64,000 nucleotides of DNA from a virus (lineage: Duplodnaviria > Caudoviricetes): positions 64,361-128,360 of IMG/VR virus record IMGVR_UViG_3300030376_007544; one strand, written 5' to 3'. The position numbers and the translations under genes were made by a program. Position 1 is the first letter of the stretch, and each line of letters opens with the position of its first letter. The notes below the pieces were generated by a model, which saw nothing but the letters and a program-made list of their open reading frames with translations, ran no database searches and had not been told where the DNA came from. Shown in pieces: positions 38,501-47,032 of this stretch.

Positions 38501-39147
38501 GTTACCGCTTTAGCGTCACCACCAGTAACATTAAACATACCAGTAATTAATGCATTGGCTTGAGGCCCTCGAATTCCAGATCTAGCAAGTTGGTTTATAA
38601 TAGCAGTGTTTGCTTCACCGCCAAGCAAACCCATATTTCTACTGCTAATTCCCGCAGTGAATCCTCTCGCCTTTTCCATGCCTACCCTACCACCGCCTAA
38701 CAATGGTGCTAATTGCGCTTCTTGAAACTCTCGCATAGCAGCAGCAGCCACAGCCAAAGTTGTCGCTAAAGCTGCAGCGGTAACAGTTAAACCTTTTAAT
38801 GCAACATCATATAACTTAACAGCAGCACGACCAGTTATCAAAGCCGCCTTAGCTGCTAACAATCCAGCCGTAACTAAAGCAATGTGTCCAGCAAGGGCAA
38901 TAAAAGAAAACTTTCCCATCAGTTTAACAAAATTAAGAAAAGCTCTACTGAACCCCTTAAGAACATTGGTCATTTTACTAAAGCGACTTGTGAGTTTATT
39001 CGTAGTTCTATCTAAGTCACGATTAGTTTTGTTAAACTTTTTCGTGGTGGCATCTAGGTTTTTTATGCGTCGTTCAATAGCGTTAAGATCATTTGTGATG
39101 TCAGAATCAATCTCGACCTTAATTATTACTTTTTCTTCAACAGCCAT
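35596..39147 (-). CDS. Tape measure protein
   Basis: 1183 aa, Ala/Gly-rich helical sequence after the chaperone genes. Confidence 0.88.
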   Translation of the reverse strand: MAVEEKVIIKVEIDSDITNDLNAIERRIKNLDATTKKFNKTNRDLDRTTNKLTSRFSKMTNVLKGFSRAFLNFVKLMGKFSFIALAGHIALVTAGLLAAKAALITGRAAVKLYDVALKGLTVTAAALATTLAVAAAAMREFQEAQLAPLLGGGRVGMEKARGFTAGISSRNMGLLGGEANTAIINQLARSGIRGPQANALITGMFNVTGGDAKAVTSLAAAIGSRSFADAKTAVQGAQGFNKGSLGGVTTMAGLIGAVSSGAATASSYQGLSQNMGGTLIGTAKTQFASQKGLFADLGEPLLGPFRDTFLEISNIIKNDIIAMASIIQKFGEGSFAPTLVTTIRAISGWVRENVLEDIDRIEEMGKSFVDFFVGVRDFFESMGAWFNKFEPAANLLLDMFKAMGSAAGGRGLFAEFRQLMTGNADNFIKFGEAIGNVIGSLFDRLSNGQTGFFDKLPLINNVLNSLANNVIPAMFNLFNTIFPILEELPDALNTLATVLNYLAPVVSSLVSAVVQIAGLINSIGGDNGLGSLLAVGAMYMGGRKLGIFGKGRAMAKAGTAAARAGGTFVPGATAANGVRTGARAAWGRGMTATQRAWTGTGGTVDRMMSQRVNLAGSRWGLPREYAQRGIRGTGNMLYSGYERTSNLGRAIGGSRLGQGISKFGKFAGGKALPGVGAVFSGMSVADTWGNAAQTGDMGFGGALHGAMAGAMIGQVVPLIGPLVGGILGAIVGGVGEWIAAGKGQEKIKKEAVKQGDRIMDTVTSFEAGSGFEAYQQQASIHEDWQAAILAGQDEYGRMKIEEDGSFEGDTADFGKFLVNNFGIAPESVHQDNLFGILLESGLLDELEANLLEAEDLYFRQMNAVAEITGATAEQIEGFMTALNLDAYTDFNESAVGVLMNLFNLDPIDRGRSFVGDIDFSTSMVGMTNRSASANAALNAFKESGMMDESLLMDFIESAAIAEVAMGGSADLAGYSVLQSIRNLQAEGAFGDVDVVGNFDIIGQQERQLELISDNSGIPVSQLEGMSPNEIDAALKQVDKNRDIYKGVFFGDRGISELTPDMLEGFDSKAFGQYVMHHEDNRDFMRNRDNQGYIDAIMSGDLAGIEAVIGQEASQQMLLNFMTETGQYTQDQNDWLKTIADNTALGTQVIVNAETVEGRGVDTVMLEIRTEVNAAVAAEAEDNN

Positions 39148-39163
39148 TGCTACCTCAAAACAG

Positions 39164-39206
39164 AAAAACTGGGAACCTTTGTAGTTATTCTACAAAAATT
39201 CCCAGT
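39164..39206 (-). terminator. Terminator-like hairpin with U-tract between the chaperone and tape measure genes, containing a TAGAAT -10 hexamer
   Basis: ACTGGGAA..TTTGTAG/CTACAAA..TTCCCAGT followed by TTTT on the minus strand. Confidence 0.55.
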
Positions 39207-39209
39207 ATG

Positions 39210-39422
39210 TTATCCGTAACCACCTGTAGTATTGTTGCGTTTTCTTTCCCTTTCAGCATGATCGCTTGCAAGGGCTTTGGCAACAGCCAAGCGTATTAAC
39301 CACTCATCATAATCAGCATTTAGAATTTGAATAGGATCAGTATGAAATGCTTCGGCTAGTCGTGCCGCTGATCTGATCCTTATATCCCCGGCTAATTCTT
39401 CAACTAGCCCAGCGTAGGGTCC
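39210..39422 (-). CDS. -1 frame extension of the tail assembly chaperone (gpGT-like C-terminal part)
   Basis: 70-codon open frame with no suitable start codon, overlapping the chaperone end at GGACCCT. Confidence 0.7.
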   Translation of the reverse strand, partial: GPYAGLVEELAGDIRIRSAARLAEAFHTDPIQILNADYDEWLIRLAVAKALASDHAERERKRNNTTGGYG

Positions 39423-39928
39423 TCTGCGTCGATATCATCACCGTAACCTGCATAATCAAGTATCTTGAGTGCTACAGATTCTAAGTGAGGGTCAACGGCA
39501 TAAAATGCACGAATTGCGTCAGGTAATGGACGATCAGTATTAGTCATCTCCATGATTACAGGAGAAGCAAAGGTAATCTCGTTACCCTCGTCGTCCAAAA
39601 CAATTTCATCATTGAAATAAATTCCACTAACAGTCTGACCTACAACGTAACAAGAAAACTTAATAGAATCAAGTTCTTCTGTTTTACGGTTTGTAGCATT
39701 TCGTCGCCAAGATTTTAGTTGTTCATTTGTAATGTTTGGAGAAAACCTCACCGTGACGCCTTTGCGCTCTGGCACTGGAATTTCAATGTCAGGACGAGTA
39801 ACCTCTTTAGAGATTTCTTCCTTTAATTGATCCAAAACTGTCAAACGAGCAGTTTTTTTCTTAGCAGCAGGTGCATCAGTCTCAGCAGATGCAACTTCAA
39901 TTTCTTCAGTATTTTTATCAGTACTCAT
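39404..39928 (-). CDS. Tail assembly chaperone
   Basis: Lies between tube/lysin and tape measure; ends in DPT; leaderless promoter TTGACA-17-TAACAT at 39935-39963. Confidence 0.75.
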   Translation of the reverse strand: MSTDKNTEEIEVASAETDAPAAKKKTARLTVLDQLKEEISKEVTRPDIEIPVPERKGVTVRFSPNITNEQLKSWRRNATNRKTEELDSIKFSCYVVGQTVSGIYFNDEIVLDDEGNEITFASPVIMEMTNTDRPLPDAIRAFYAVDPHLESVALKILDYAGYGDDIDAEDPTLG

Positions 39929-39963
39929 ATTGCTATGTTACCTCTTTCCGCTAGGTGTGTCAA

Positions 39964-40698
39964 CTAGTCGATGAGTCTGCCCCAAGTATTGGGACCAACT
40001 ATACCATCAACAACTAGACCTTCATCTTTTTGAAACTGGCGAACAGCACGATCAGTCATTTTACCGAAATCACCGTCTACGCCAGAATATTTTTTAGGAC
40101 GATTTGAAAGTTTGTACCCATTCTTATCTAAAAGTTTTTGTAAAAACTCTACAACTGGGCCCTTTGCACCTTTACGTAGTGTAGTTTTAATCGCTTCACC
40201 AATAAATGCAAACACATCTTCTTGTTCTTTCTTAACAGAAGCAGCTTTAGGTAACTTCTTTTCCTTGCCTACAGGGAACCAATCCATTTTTGCTCCACTG
40301 ACACGGCAAGGCTGGTGGTGCCACCACTCAGAAGCTACGGTTTTTTGAATACCGTATTCTTTGGCGATAGCATTTACCTGTGTGGTGGTAAGCCCTTTGC
40401 CCACGATTCTAAAGTCTACTGCGTACCCATAGCCTTGAAATTTAGGTTGGCTCATATGGTATGAGCCTTGGAACCCTGCGCTATTTACTCGATCTGGGTT
40501 GGCCGCTAGATTGAACCCCGGACGGCGACTCTTGTACCCATCATACAGGTACTTCTGCTGTTGGTACGTGCGTACTCCAGAAACAACGGATACTTTTCCT
40601 TTGATTCGTGGATCTGCAAAGAACGCTTCAAGTCTTTGTTTGAATTTAGGGTGTAAGTCTTTGATGTTTACACTGCTTGATACTGTTGGGATTGCCAT
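39964..40698 (-). CDS. Endolysin: M15-type zinc peptidase plus peptidoglycan-binding domain
   Basis: SGVRTYQQQ..LY, SYH...GYAVD, EWWH; DGDFG..T..AV..FQ...GL.VDGIVGPNTW; promoter TTGACC-17-TATTAT at 40738-40766. Confidence 0.85.
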   Translation of the reverse strand: MAIPTVSSSVNIKDLHPKFKQRLEAFFADPRIKGKVSVVSGVRTYQQQKYLYDGYKSRRPGFNLAANPDRVNSAGFQGSYHMSQPKFQGYGYAVDFRIVGKGLTTTQVNAIAKEYGIQKTVASEWWHHQPCRVSGAKMDWFPVGKEKKLPKAASVKKEQEDVFAFIGEAIKTTLRKGAKGPVVEFLQKLLDKNGYKLSNRPKKYSGVDGDFGKMTDRAVRQFQKDEGLVVDGIVGPNTWGRLID

Positions 40699-40776
40699 AG
40701 TTTTTCCTTATATTCATGTGCGATCAACTTCATAAATATAATAGTAAAATTTGCTAAGGTGGTCAAGTAGATACAC

Positions 40777-40805
40777 AAAGAAAAGACACCACTCAAGGTG
40801 GTGCC
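40777..40805 (-). terminator. Intrinsic terminator after the tube gene
   Basis: GGCACCAC-CTTGA-GTGGTGTC then TTTTCTTT. Confidence 0.7.
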
Positions 40806-40834
40806 AGTTCTAAAAGAAAAGTTTATTTAACTTT

Positions 40835-41281
40835 TTATATTGCTGCAACTGAACTTACTGAGAATGTCAGTGAGTATGCTGAAGGAGCACCAGATGATGC
40901 ATCACCATCAGGCTCCGAAAGGCCAACAAGTAGGCACTTAGCGTATGTACGCTCAGAGCCTGGTTCTTTAAGGTCGCAGTTTAGGGTCATGATAACAACA
41001 TCGTAATAAGCCATTCCAACTATTTGTCGAAGTTGATTCAACTTGGTTGTATCAATCTCTGGATCGTAGAATTTGCTTACAGTTATGTCGCCAATTTCAG
41101 ACGGTGCGCATAGAACCTCTGGAAAAGTGCTGTTTCCATCATATACCTTTTCCACAGAAGCGCTAATCTCGCCACCGCTTACAGTTGCAAAGTACTTGTC
41201 AAACAATGGACCCTTGGTGTGCCCTGGAAGCTCAACTGGATGTATCTCTGCAACGATTTGTCTCTGTGTTGCTTTAGCCAT
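40835..41281 (-). CDS. Tail tube protein
   Basis: 148 aa directly after the sheath gene; beta-rich. Confidence 0.8.
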   Translation of the reverse strand: MAKATQRQIVAEIHPVELPGHTKGPLFDKYFATVSGGEISASVEKVYDGNSTFPEVLCAPSEIGDITVSKFYDPEIDTTKLNQLRQIVGMAYYDVVIMTLNCDLKEPGSERTYAKCLLVGLSEPDGDASSGAPSAYSLTFSVSSVAAI

Positions 41282-41293
41282 TTACCTTACTCC

Positions 41294-42805
41294 TTATATA
41301 AGTGGGGCTGATAGATTGCTCTTAGTAATTACTATATCAATTAAGTCTGCGACTCCAGAAACCCTTACTCCGACTTGAGCCTTAACTAAGCCAGTAGCGA
41401 GTTGAGTAGCAGGATTAATTGTTCCATCAACAATGACGTTGTAACCCGGATCTATCAATTGCCCGTTTACATCGTATGCTTCATACAAACCGCCTGCAAT
41501 GCGGATTGGCTCAAGGAATGCCTTGATTGATCCACGAATACGTCCAAACAAGTTACCACTACCATCAATGGTTTCGAAAACGTATTCTTCCATACGGCCC
41601 TCAATTCCAAGAGTAATGTAATTCATTGTATCACGCATTGTTATATAGCGCCAGTTTGCTTCATCGTTAGAAACTGATCTTGCACCGTAAACACGGATTT
41701 GATCACCAATCTTACGTATGGCATTAACTCTAGCATTGTCAAGTGCGTCTCCCGTTGCTGGGGTAACATCTGAAGCCAAGTCTTTAACAGTTTTCGCAGA
41801 AGATATTTGACCAGCGCCTGCACGCCATGGACCGCCGACTTCAGCAATTGCTTTAGCACGAGCTCCAGCAGCGTAACATACAGGATCAATTGTAAGAGTT
41901 GATCCAGCAAGTGAAGATGTTCCTGTTGCTAACTCTGAAGAGTTTGGAACTGGAACTTTAATCTCTGGCCAATAGAAAGCCATGTATGATGCTTTTGAAT
42001 CAGCATAATATGCGGACGCTTCTGTCTTAGCGGTACCTGCAGCGGTTCCGCTGTTGAAACCAAGAAGAGCAATACGATTGTTTGCTTCAGCATGATCTCT
42101 CAAAGCAGTCCATATAGCATCTGCTGATGCTCCCTTACCTCGACCTGGGGCAGCAATGGCACCAGACTTAAGGTTAGGACTTAATTTCGTTGTATCTGTA
42201 GCAAGTGCTGCAACAATGTCGGCATCTGAAACAGCATTACCGTTCGATCCACCGGATAATGCGGTGGAAGCAACAGTGGCAGGGTTGCCAGTTGCTGTAG
42301 TGTTGTCACTTGCAGTGATAAGATGGGCAACCGCAGAAGTGTTAATTACATTAACACCGTCTGTAACGCTCGTGAGGTCACGAGTTGTTAATAGGGTTTC
42401 CCCATCTAAAACAATTTGTAGTCTGAAACCAGAAACGTCTGCAGCAAGAACTTGAACTTTCAAGTTATCAGCCCATGCGCCAACATTTTTGGCAGTGATG
42501 TCCATTGTAGCGGAACCACTTGAGTTATTTAGGGTAATGCTACCTGCGGCAGAACTACCTCCAGCCACACGCATAACATAGCAACGTGCGCCTCCTTCGT
42601 CAAAGTATGTCTTTACATGTGCGTAAAGGCTCCCTGACTGATAATTTCCGTAGTAGGTTGTGTAGTCACTGAAGGATCTTAAAAGTGTGGGTTCATCTGT
42701 AGGCCCACGCTCGGCTTCTCCAACAACAAACAACTGACCTGCTTCAACGTCGTTAGTCCCAACAGGGCCACTACGTACCGCAGTTGTTACGTTTACTCCC
42801 GGCAT
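41294..42805 (-). CDS. Contractile tail sheath protein
   Basis: MPGV.V, VGEAERGP...P, YFDEGG..CYVMRV, VNAIR...IRVYGARS...WRYI. Confidence 0.95.
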   Translation of the reverse strand: MPGVNVTTAVRSGPVGTNDVEAGQLFVVGEAERGPTDEPTLLRSFSDYTTYYGNYQSGSLYAHVKTYFDEGGARCYVMRVAGGSSAAGSITLNNSSGSATMDITAKNVGAWADNLKVQVLAADVSGFRLQIVLDGETLLTTRDLTSVTDGVNVINTSAVAHLITASDNTTATGNPATVASTALSGGSNGNAVSDADIVAALATDTTKLSPNLKSGAIAAPGRGKGASADAIWTALRDHAEANNRIALLGFNSGTAAGTAKTEASAYYADSKASYMAFYWPEIKVPVPNSSELATGTSSLAGSTLTIDPVCYAAGARAKAIAEVGGPWRAGAGQISSAKTVKDLASDVTPATGDALDNARVNAIRKIGDQIRVYGARSVSNDEANWRYITMRDTMNYITLGIEGRMEEYVFETIDGSGNLFGRIRGSIKAFLEPIRIAGGLYEAYDVNGQLIDPGYNVIVDGTINPATQLATGLVKAQVGVRVSGVADLIDIVITKSNLSAPLI

Positions 42806-42892
42806 TTTAAGCCTCCATATTCCTTATTAGATGTATACAATACCAGTATCGAACATGCCTAATGGCAAAACGCCTAAGCGTCTGCTCTATTC

Positions 42893-42935
42893 TTTATTAT
42901 ACTACCACCGAGTGTCTAGAAATCGTTGGAACTAT
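42893..42935 (-). promoter_or_regulatory. Candidate late promoter of the sheath operon
   Basis: 29/43 ungapped identity to the capsid upstream element at 51410-51452. Confidence 0.65.
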
Positions 42936-42943
42936 AAATATCA

Positions 42944-43816
42944 TCAAGCAGATGGTGTAACAGATAAACTATTTGCTGAATAAGCACCAGTACCTGCTGC
43001 GTTTATTGCACCAACCCTAAATAAATATTTATTTCCGTTAGTTAATCCAGTAATCGTCTTTGCGGTATCAGTAGATCCCGTATCAGCGACAGACGTACTC
43101 CATGTAGAGCCACCATCTGTGCTTTGTTGAATCTGATACCCCGTTATCTCATAAACTCCACCACTCCATGTTGAGGTGGTCCAAGCCAATGTAACTTGCG
43201 CATTGCCAGCCACTGCAATAACATTCGTGGGGGAATTTGCAGTAACTGCAATTTTTGAAACAGTGTTCTCATGCGTTTGCATAATACCTACTGGGGTATG
43301 ATCAATTATTTCTTCAAGAGATAGATCGTATGCTACATACGATCCTGCTAAAAGACGCTCTCCCTTTATAAGGGTTAAATCAGAGAATTCTTCCCTAATT
43401 GTCGATTCGTTTATTTTTGGATAGCAAGGAACTGTGCTGTCATAAGATGAGAGCGAAGCTCCATCCATTAAGGACTCACGGACAACAGTCGTAAGGTTAT
43501 CTCGTTGTTCTGTGACCGTCTGCGCACCATTTGCTCTTGTCCACACATATGTCCGCATCTCGTATGTAACCCTAAAATTAGGGTCGTAATCGTATTCGTA
43601 CCCTTCACGATCAACTGATCTAGTATTTATAACTAAAGATATAAGTGTTGGCCACGTATCTAGCGCAAAAGGCTCGTATGTTAAAACCTTTCGTGGATCT
43701 GGCAATTGTGACTCGCTAAGATTCCAGTGGTTTCTGTATGTAATTAATCTGGGTGGCAAGTCGTTTGCAAGATAATTACTTACATACTGCTTCGCCAATC
43801 TGGGTCCTGACATCAT
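42944..43816 (-). CDS. Tail completion/terminator protein with C-terminal fibronectin type III domain
   Basis: Position before the sheath; PTNV.A.AGNAQVTLAW...ITGY...TITGLTNG..Y.FRV.A.N..G. Confidence 0.7.
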   Translation of the reverse strand: MMSGPRLAKQYVSNYLANDLPPRLITYRNHWNLSESQLPDPRKVLTYEPFALDTWPTLISLVINTRSVDREGYEYDYDPNFRVTYEMRTYVWTRANGAQTVTEQRDNLTTVVRESLMDGASLSSYDSTVPCYPKINESTIREEFSDLTLIKGERLLAGSYVAYDLSLEEIIDHTPVGIMQTHENTVSKIAVTANSPTNVIAVAGNAQVTLAWTTSTWSGGVYEITGYQIQQSTDGGSTWSTSVADTGSTDTAKTITGLTNGNKYLFRVGAINAAGTGAYSANSLSVTPSA

Positions 43817-43817
43817 T

Positions 43818-44327
43818 TTATTTCATAAACCCCTTACTAAGAAATGACTTAACTTCTCCAAGTGAACCGTGTAATATATACTCTCCAACAGCATGTCCAG
43901 TTCTATTGGCCATTAACTGTGGGACGAATAGTGGCTTTCTTTGTGCCATGTTTTGTGTGCCTGCTTGGTGAAACTGGGCGTAGCCAATCGTTGTGCCAAA
44001 GTGAGCCGTGCGTAAACCAAAGTCTCTAACAGCGCCTCTAGCGCTATTCAAAGTTAAACTGTCTTTTAAGTCTCCTGTTCTAACTAAGATTCCTTTTGCT
44101 CCATAGTTTTCTAACTTCCATGCAGCATACTGTGGATCTAATGGTTGCCACCTAAAACCAGACGAAACACCCTCATTTTTAAAATTGTCACGATGTGCTT
44201 CTTGCAACTGTTTCATCATCCATCTAAAAACAGGTTTAAAGTTTTGCGATCTTCTAGACATCGCATTAAATCTACGACGCAACCTACTGGTATCTACACT
44301 TGTAATCCTAACTCCATACGTACCCAT
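43818..44327 (-). CDS. Virion morphogenesis protein (Mu gpG / P2 gpS-like)
   Basis: NF..EG...WQPL.P.Y...ILVRTG.L..SL...GT...YA.FHQ.GT..M..R. Confidence 0.85.
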   Translation of the reverse strand: MGTYGVRITSVDTSRLRRRFNAMSRRSQNFKPVFRWMMKQLQEAHRDNFKNEGVSSGFRWQPLDPQYAAWKLENYGAKGILVRTGDLKDSLTLNSARGAVRDFGLRTAHFGTTIGYAQFHQAGTQNMAQRKPLFVPQLMANRTGHAVGEYILHGSLGEVKSFLSKGFMK

Positions 44328-44328
44328 G

Positions 44329-44970
44329 TTAGGACACCCTTACTCTGCGATACCTCTTAATGCTTGCTAATTCTCTTTCAGTGAAGCCTGTCTCTAGTGG
44401 GGCTATGTTTCTTGTAGTTAGATCTTTTAGGCCAACTGTATCATCATACATGTTTTGAACTTCTCTTGCGGTTGCTCTAAGTAGTAATGATTGAAAAGCT
44501 TTAATACCACCACCATTTAATCCAGCAACATATGTAACAGTAACATTGTCGTTGGCATACGCATTAAAAAGATCAATTCCATATTTTCTAGTAATGTAAT
44601 CTCTTTCAGCAACCTGTGCTGTGGCTGTAGCAGATGCAGATGCAGGAGTAATGGATACAGAAGTGACAGAAGCAACTGGGCTATTGTCTAAGTATAAAGT
44701 GTATGTAGGAGCGTAAATAATTCCTGGCGAAGTTAAAGTTGTTTCTGGGTTTGTTGGGTAGTTGTAATAATATTGTTGATTTACTACCCCACGACCTGTT
44801 TCTGGAATCCTATATGTTTCCGTAAAGGTACTTTGCTCAACTGGTCTGCGTAAATATGCTTCCAGTTCTGATTGCAATCCCTCTATCACCATCGTCACAG
44901 CATCTTCCTGTGTATTGGTGAACGAAATGTCCATATATGTTTCTACGTTTGAAACCGTTATCAACGCCAT
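44329..44970 (-). CDS. Head-tail adaptor (gp6/gp15-like)
   Basis: LIT...V..Y...E.YLRR...VTVTY.AG...YRRVRV. Confidence 0.75.
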   Translation of the reverse strand: MALITVSNVETYMDISFTNTQEDAVTMVIEGLQSELEAYLRRPVEQSTFTETYRIPETGRGVVNQQYYYNYPTNPETTLTSPGIIYAPTYTLYLDNSPVASVTSVSITPASASATATAQVAERDYITRKYGIDLFNAYANDNVTVTYVAGLNGGGIKAFQSLLLRATAREVQNMYDDTVGLKDLTTRNIAPLETGFTERELASIKRYRRVRVS

Positions 44971-44990
44971 AGTGCAACCTAAGTAATAGT

Positions 44991-45182
44991 TTACCGATTA
45001 CGGCGGGCACGATTAGCAGCCGCACGACGACCTAGGTTATCAGCACCTCGGTCTAATGCATCAGCGATTCGGTTTCTGATCCTATTGATTAGACCCGGAC
45101 GTCTACCTCTAGCATCTTCTCTACCTCTTCGACCACGACCACGACGGCGTTCCCTGTCTCGAAATAAAAATGGATCTGGCAT
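44991..45182 (-). CDS. 63-aa arginine-rich protein (start MPDPF)
   Basis: GAGGAG RBS; about one-third Arg. Confidence 0.7.
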   Translation of the reverse strand: MPDPFLFRDRERRRGRGRRGREDARGRRPGLINRIRNRIADALDRGADNLGRRAAANRARRNR

Positions 45183-45254
45183 CGTATATCTCCTCTTAAA
45201 GATGACTCTTAATATATGATACCGCAACTAAGTTGCCTCTCGTTTTTACTCGCT

Positions 45255-45731
45255 TTACTTAGAGCGAAGAGGGGTTAGGAACTCATTATTCATCCACATT
45301 AAGCCAATAACAGAATAACCTATTATGTCTAAATACGTATCAACAATTGATTCATTCCTAGCAGAGACTTGACTTTCCAAAAGGTTTTCAAGACGAGCAA
45401 CTTTGTCATGGAGTCTGATGATTAACCCCTTTTCTCCGAATCGAGCAATGTTGTTGGGACCATAGTCTCTTTGCTTGTTTGCAAGGACTTCAGAAACTTC
45501 ATAAGGATCAAACTCACCATTGCAGGTTAGAGCTAGCGCTCCTAGGTTTAACCAATACACCTCAGACGTTATATTTGTATTCCCGTCAAAGAACTGATCA
45601 ATCATGTTGTCTATTGTTCTTCGTATCTCCCCAATGGGATCGTGGAAATGAATGTCAGATGTTCTGTCCCAAATTTGAAAAACATACTTTTCAGCAATAT
45701 CTTCCCAACTTTCACACAAGGTTTCTGTCAT
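45255..45731 (-). CDS. DUF1599 / nucleotide-modification-associated domain 1 protein (start MTETL)
   Basis: K..DYG..N...G..G..IRL.DK..RL...ESI.DT..DI.GY. Confidence 0.8.
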   Translation of the reverse strand: MTETLCESWEDIAEKYVFQIWDRTSDIHFHDPIGEIRRTIDNMIDQFFDGNTNITSEVYWLNLGALALTCNGEFDPYEVSEVLANKQRDYGPNNIARFGEKGLIIRLHDKVARLENLLESQVSARNESIVDTYLDIIGYSVIGLMWMNNEFLTPLRSK

Positions 45732-46054
45732 TGTTGTTTTTCCTTGTGGTGTGTGATTCCAGCTTGTATTGAGGATTTGATTAACCAAATTACCCAAACT
45801 ATTACGGATATGAAAAAGGCATGAAAGTAGCCAATTGCAGGGGTGAATGCCTCAATTGCTGGCCAAGCCTTATTTATTACCATGTTTACCAACATTATAC
45901 CAATAGCAGATATACCACTAATTGTTGATAGTGATACTAGTCCGCTAAAAATATTTCCTGCTTTCATTGCAGCTCCATTCTGTTTATTGTTTTTTGAGAG
46001 GTTTGAAATTAAAGCCTCCCACTCAACATCGGTGTTTCTATTAAAGTTATTCAT
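45728..46054 (-). CDS. Two-TM membrane protein
   Basis: Two hydrophobic helices; ATGA coupling on both sides. Confidence 0.7.
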   Translation of the reverse strand: MNNFNRNTDVEWEALISNLSKNNKQNGAAMKAGNIFSGLVSLSTISGISAIGIMLVNMVINKAWPAIEAFTPAIGYFHAFFISVIVWVIWLIKSSIQAGITHHKEKQQ

Positions 46055-46431
46055 TGAGCGCTTCTAACTATTTGATGAATACGTTGCCTTGATAAGCCGT
46101 ACTCTTTGGCGATGCAAGATAAAGAGTCCCCCTTCTTGTACCTAGCCTTAATTACGGAGTTTCGCTCAATAACTATATCCCTTGATTTCGGTCCTGGTCT
46201 AACTGGTCCCCAATCCCATGATGGGATATGTTCTAAGAGGTTTATTCGCTCGTTTGATAAAGCATTCTGTCTGTATCTGGTTCTCATGTAACTGACCCAG
46301 TTGCCTAGGTTTATCTCTTCTCCAGATCCAACAAACTCAACATGGCCGCTTGGAACAAGTGCATCTCCATATCGTTCTGAGTACGTCACTAAAGCATCGT
46401 AGTGTTTTCTCCAGCGTGTATTATGATTCAT
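46051..46431 (-). CDS. Helicase-associated (HA) domain fused to an HTH (start MNHNT)
   Basis: W...Y..L..Y....G...VP...LG.WV...R......LS.ER..LL....W.W; SL..IA..YGLSRQRIHQI; leaderless promoter TTGACA-17-TATCAT at 46438-46466. Confidence 0.8.
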   Translation of the reverse strand: MNHNTRWRKHYDALVTYSERYGDALVPSGHVEFVGSGEEINLGNWVSYMRTRYRQNALSNERINLLEHIPSWDWGPVRPGPKSRDIVIERNSVIKARYKKGDSLSCIAKEYGLSRQRIHQIVRSAQ

Positions 46432-46484
46432 AGTTCTATGATACTGCAATTGTACAACTATGTCAAATGGACATTTAGAAAAAA

Positions 46485-46838
46485 TTAACTATGTTCTATT
46501 ACTTTCGCCAAATTCCTTATTCGCCTAATAGTCTCTTTTGCTCCTACGGCTTCCGACCAATAAACGATATCCTTTTCAACTTCTAGTTCGATGGATTCCC
46601 AGCAATATATGAACATAGGTGTATACATGCTTGGAACTTCCCCTAGTAGGTAATCAAAATCATCACTATAGCCGTTTTGATCTGCACCGCATAGCATTGC
46701 TATAGCAAAAGGTAAAGAAAGTCTTCCTTTTTTGTCTTTTGGTGAAGTCCTTGAAAGCCCAGAAAACTCAATTAATGAAGCTACTTGCCAAAGATAAAGG
46801 TTTACCTTATTTTTCTGTAATTCATTAAGACGTGTCAT
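46485..46838 (-). CDS. Hypothetical protein
   Basis: Leaderless start, TAGAAT-6-ATG. Confidence 0.7.
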   Translation of the reverse strand: MTRLNELQKNKVNLYLWQVASLIEFSGLSRTSPKDKKGRLSLPFAIAMLCGADQNGYSDDFDYLLGEVPSMYTPMFIYCWESIELEVEKDIVYWSEAVGAKETIRRIRNLAKVIEHS

Positions 46839-46855
46839 TTTCTTATTCTAACGAC

Positions 46856-46975
46856 AAAACGAGGTCCAGTTCAAGCCAGACCCCGTTCTGTAGATGTTGT
46901 GATTGTCATTCGGCTACCGGATTAACCGATAAAAACAATCTCCTCCTTTGGGGTTAGCCATATTCCGGTACAACA
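46856..46975 (-). ncRNA. Candidate small structured RNA ending in a terminator
   Basis: TACCGGA/TCCGGTA stem enclosing AAAGGAGGAG; 12-bp terminal hairpin plus TTT. Confidence 0.35.
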
Positions 46976-47032
46976 ATTACATTAATAGTCCAACTTGCAA
47001 CAACTTGCAACTCTTATAAATAATATAATTGG

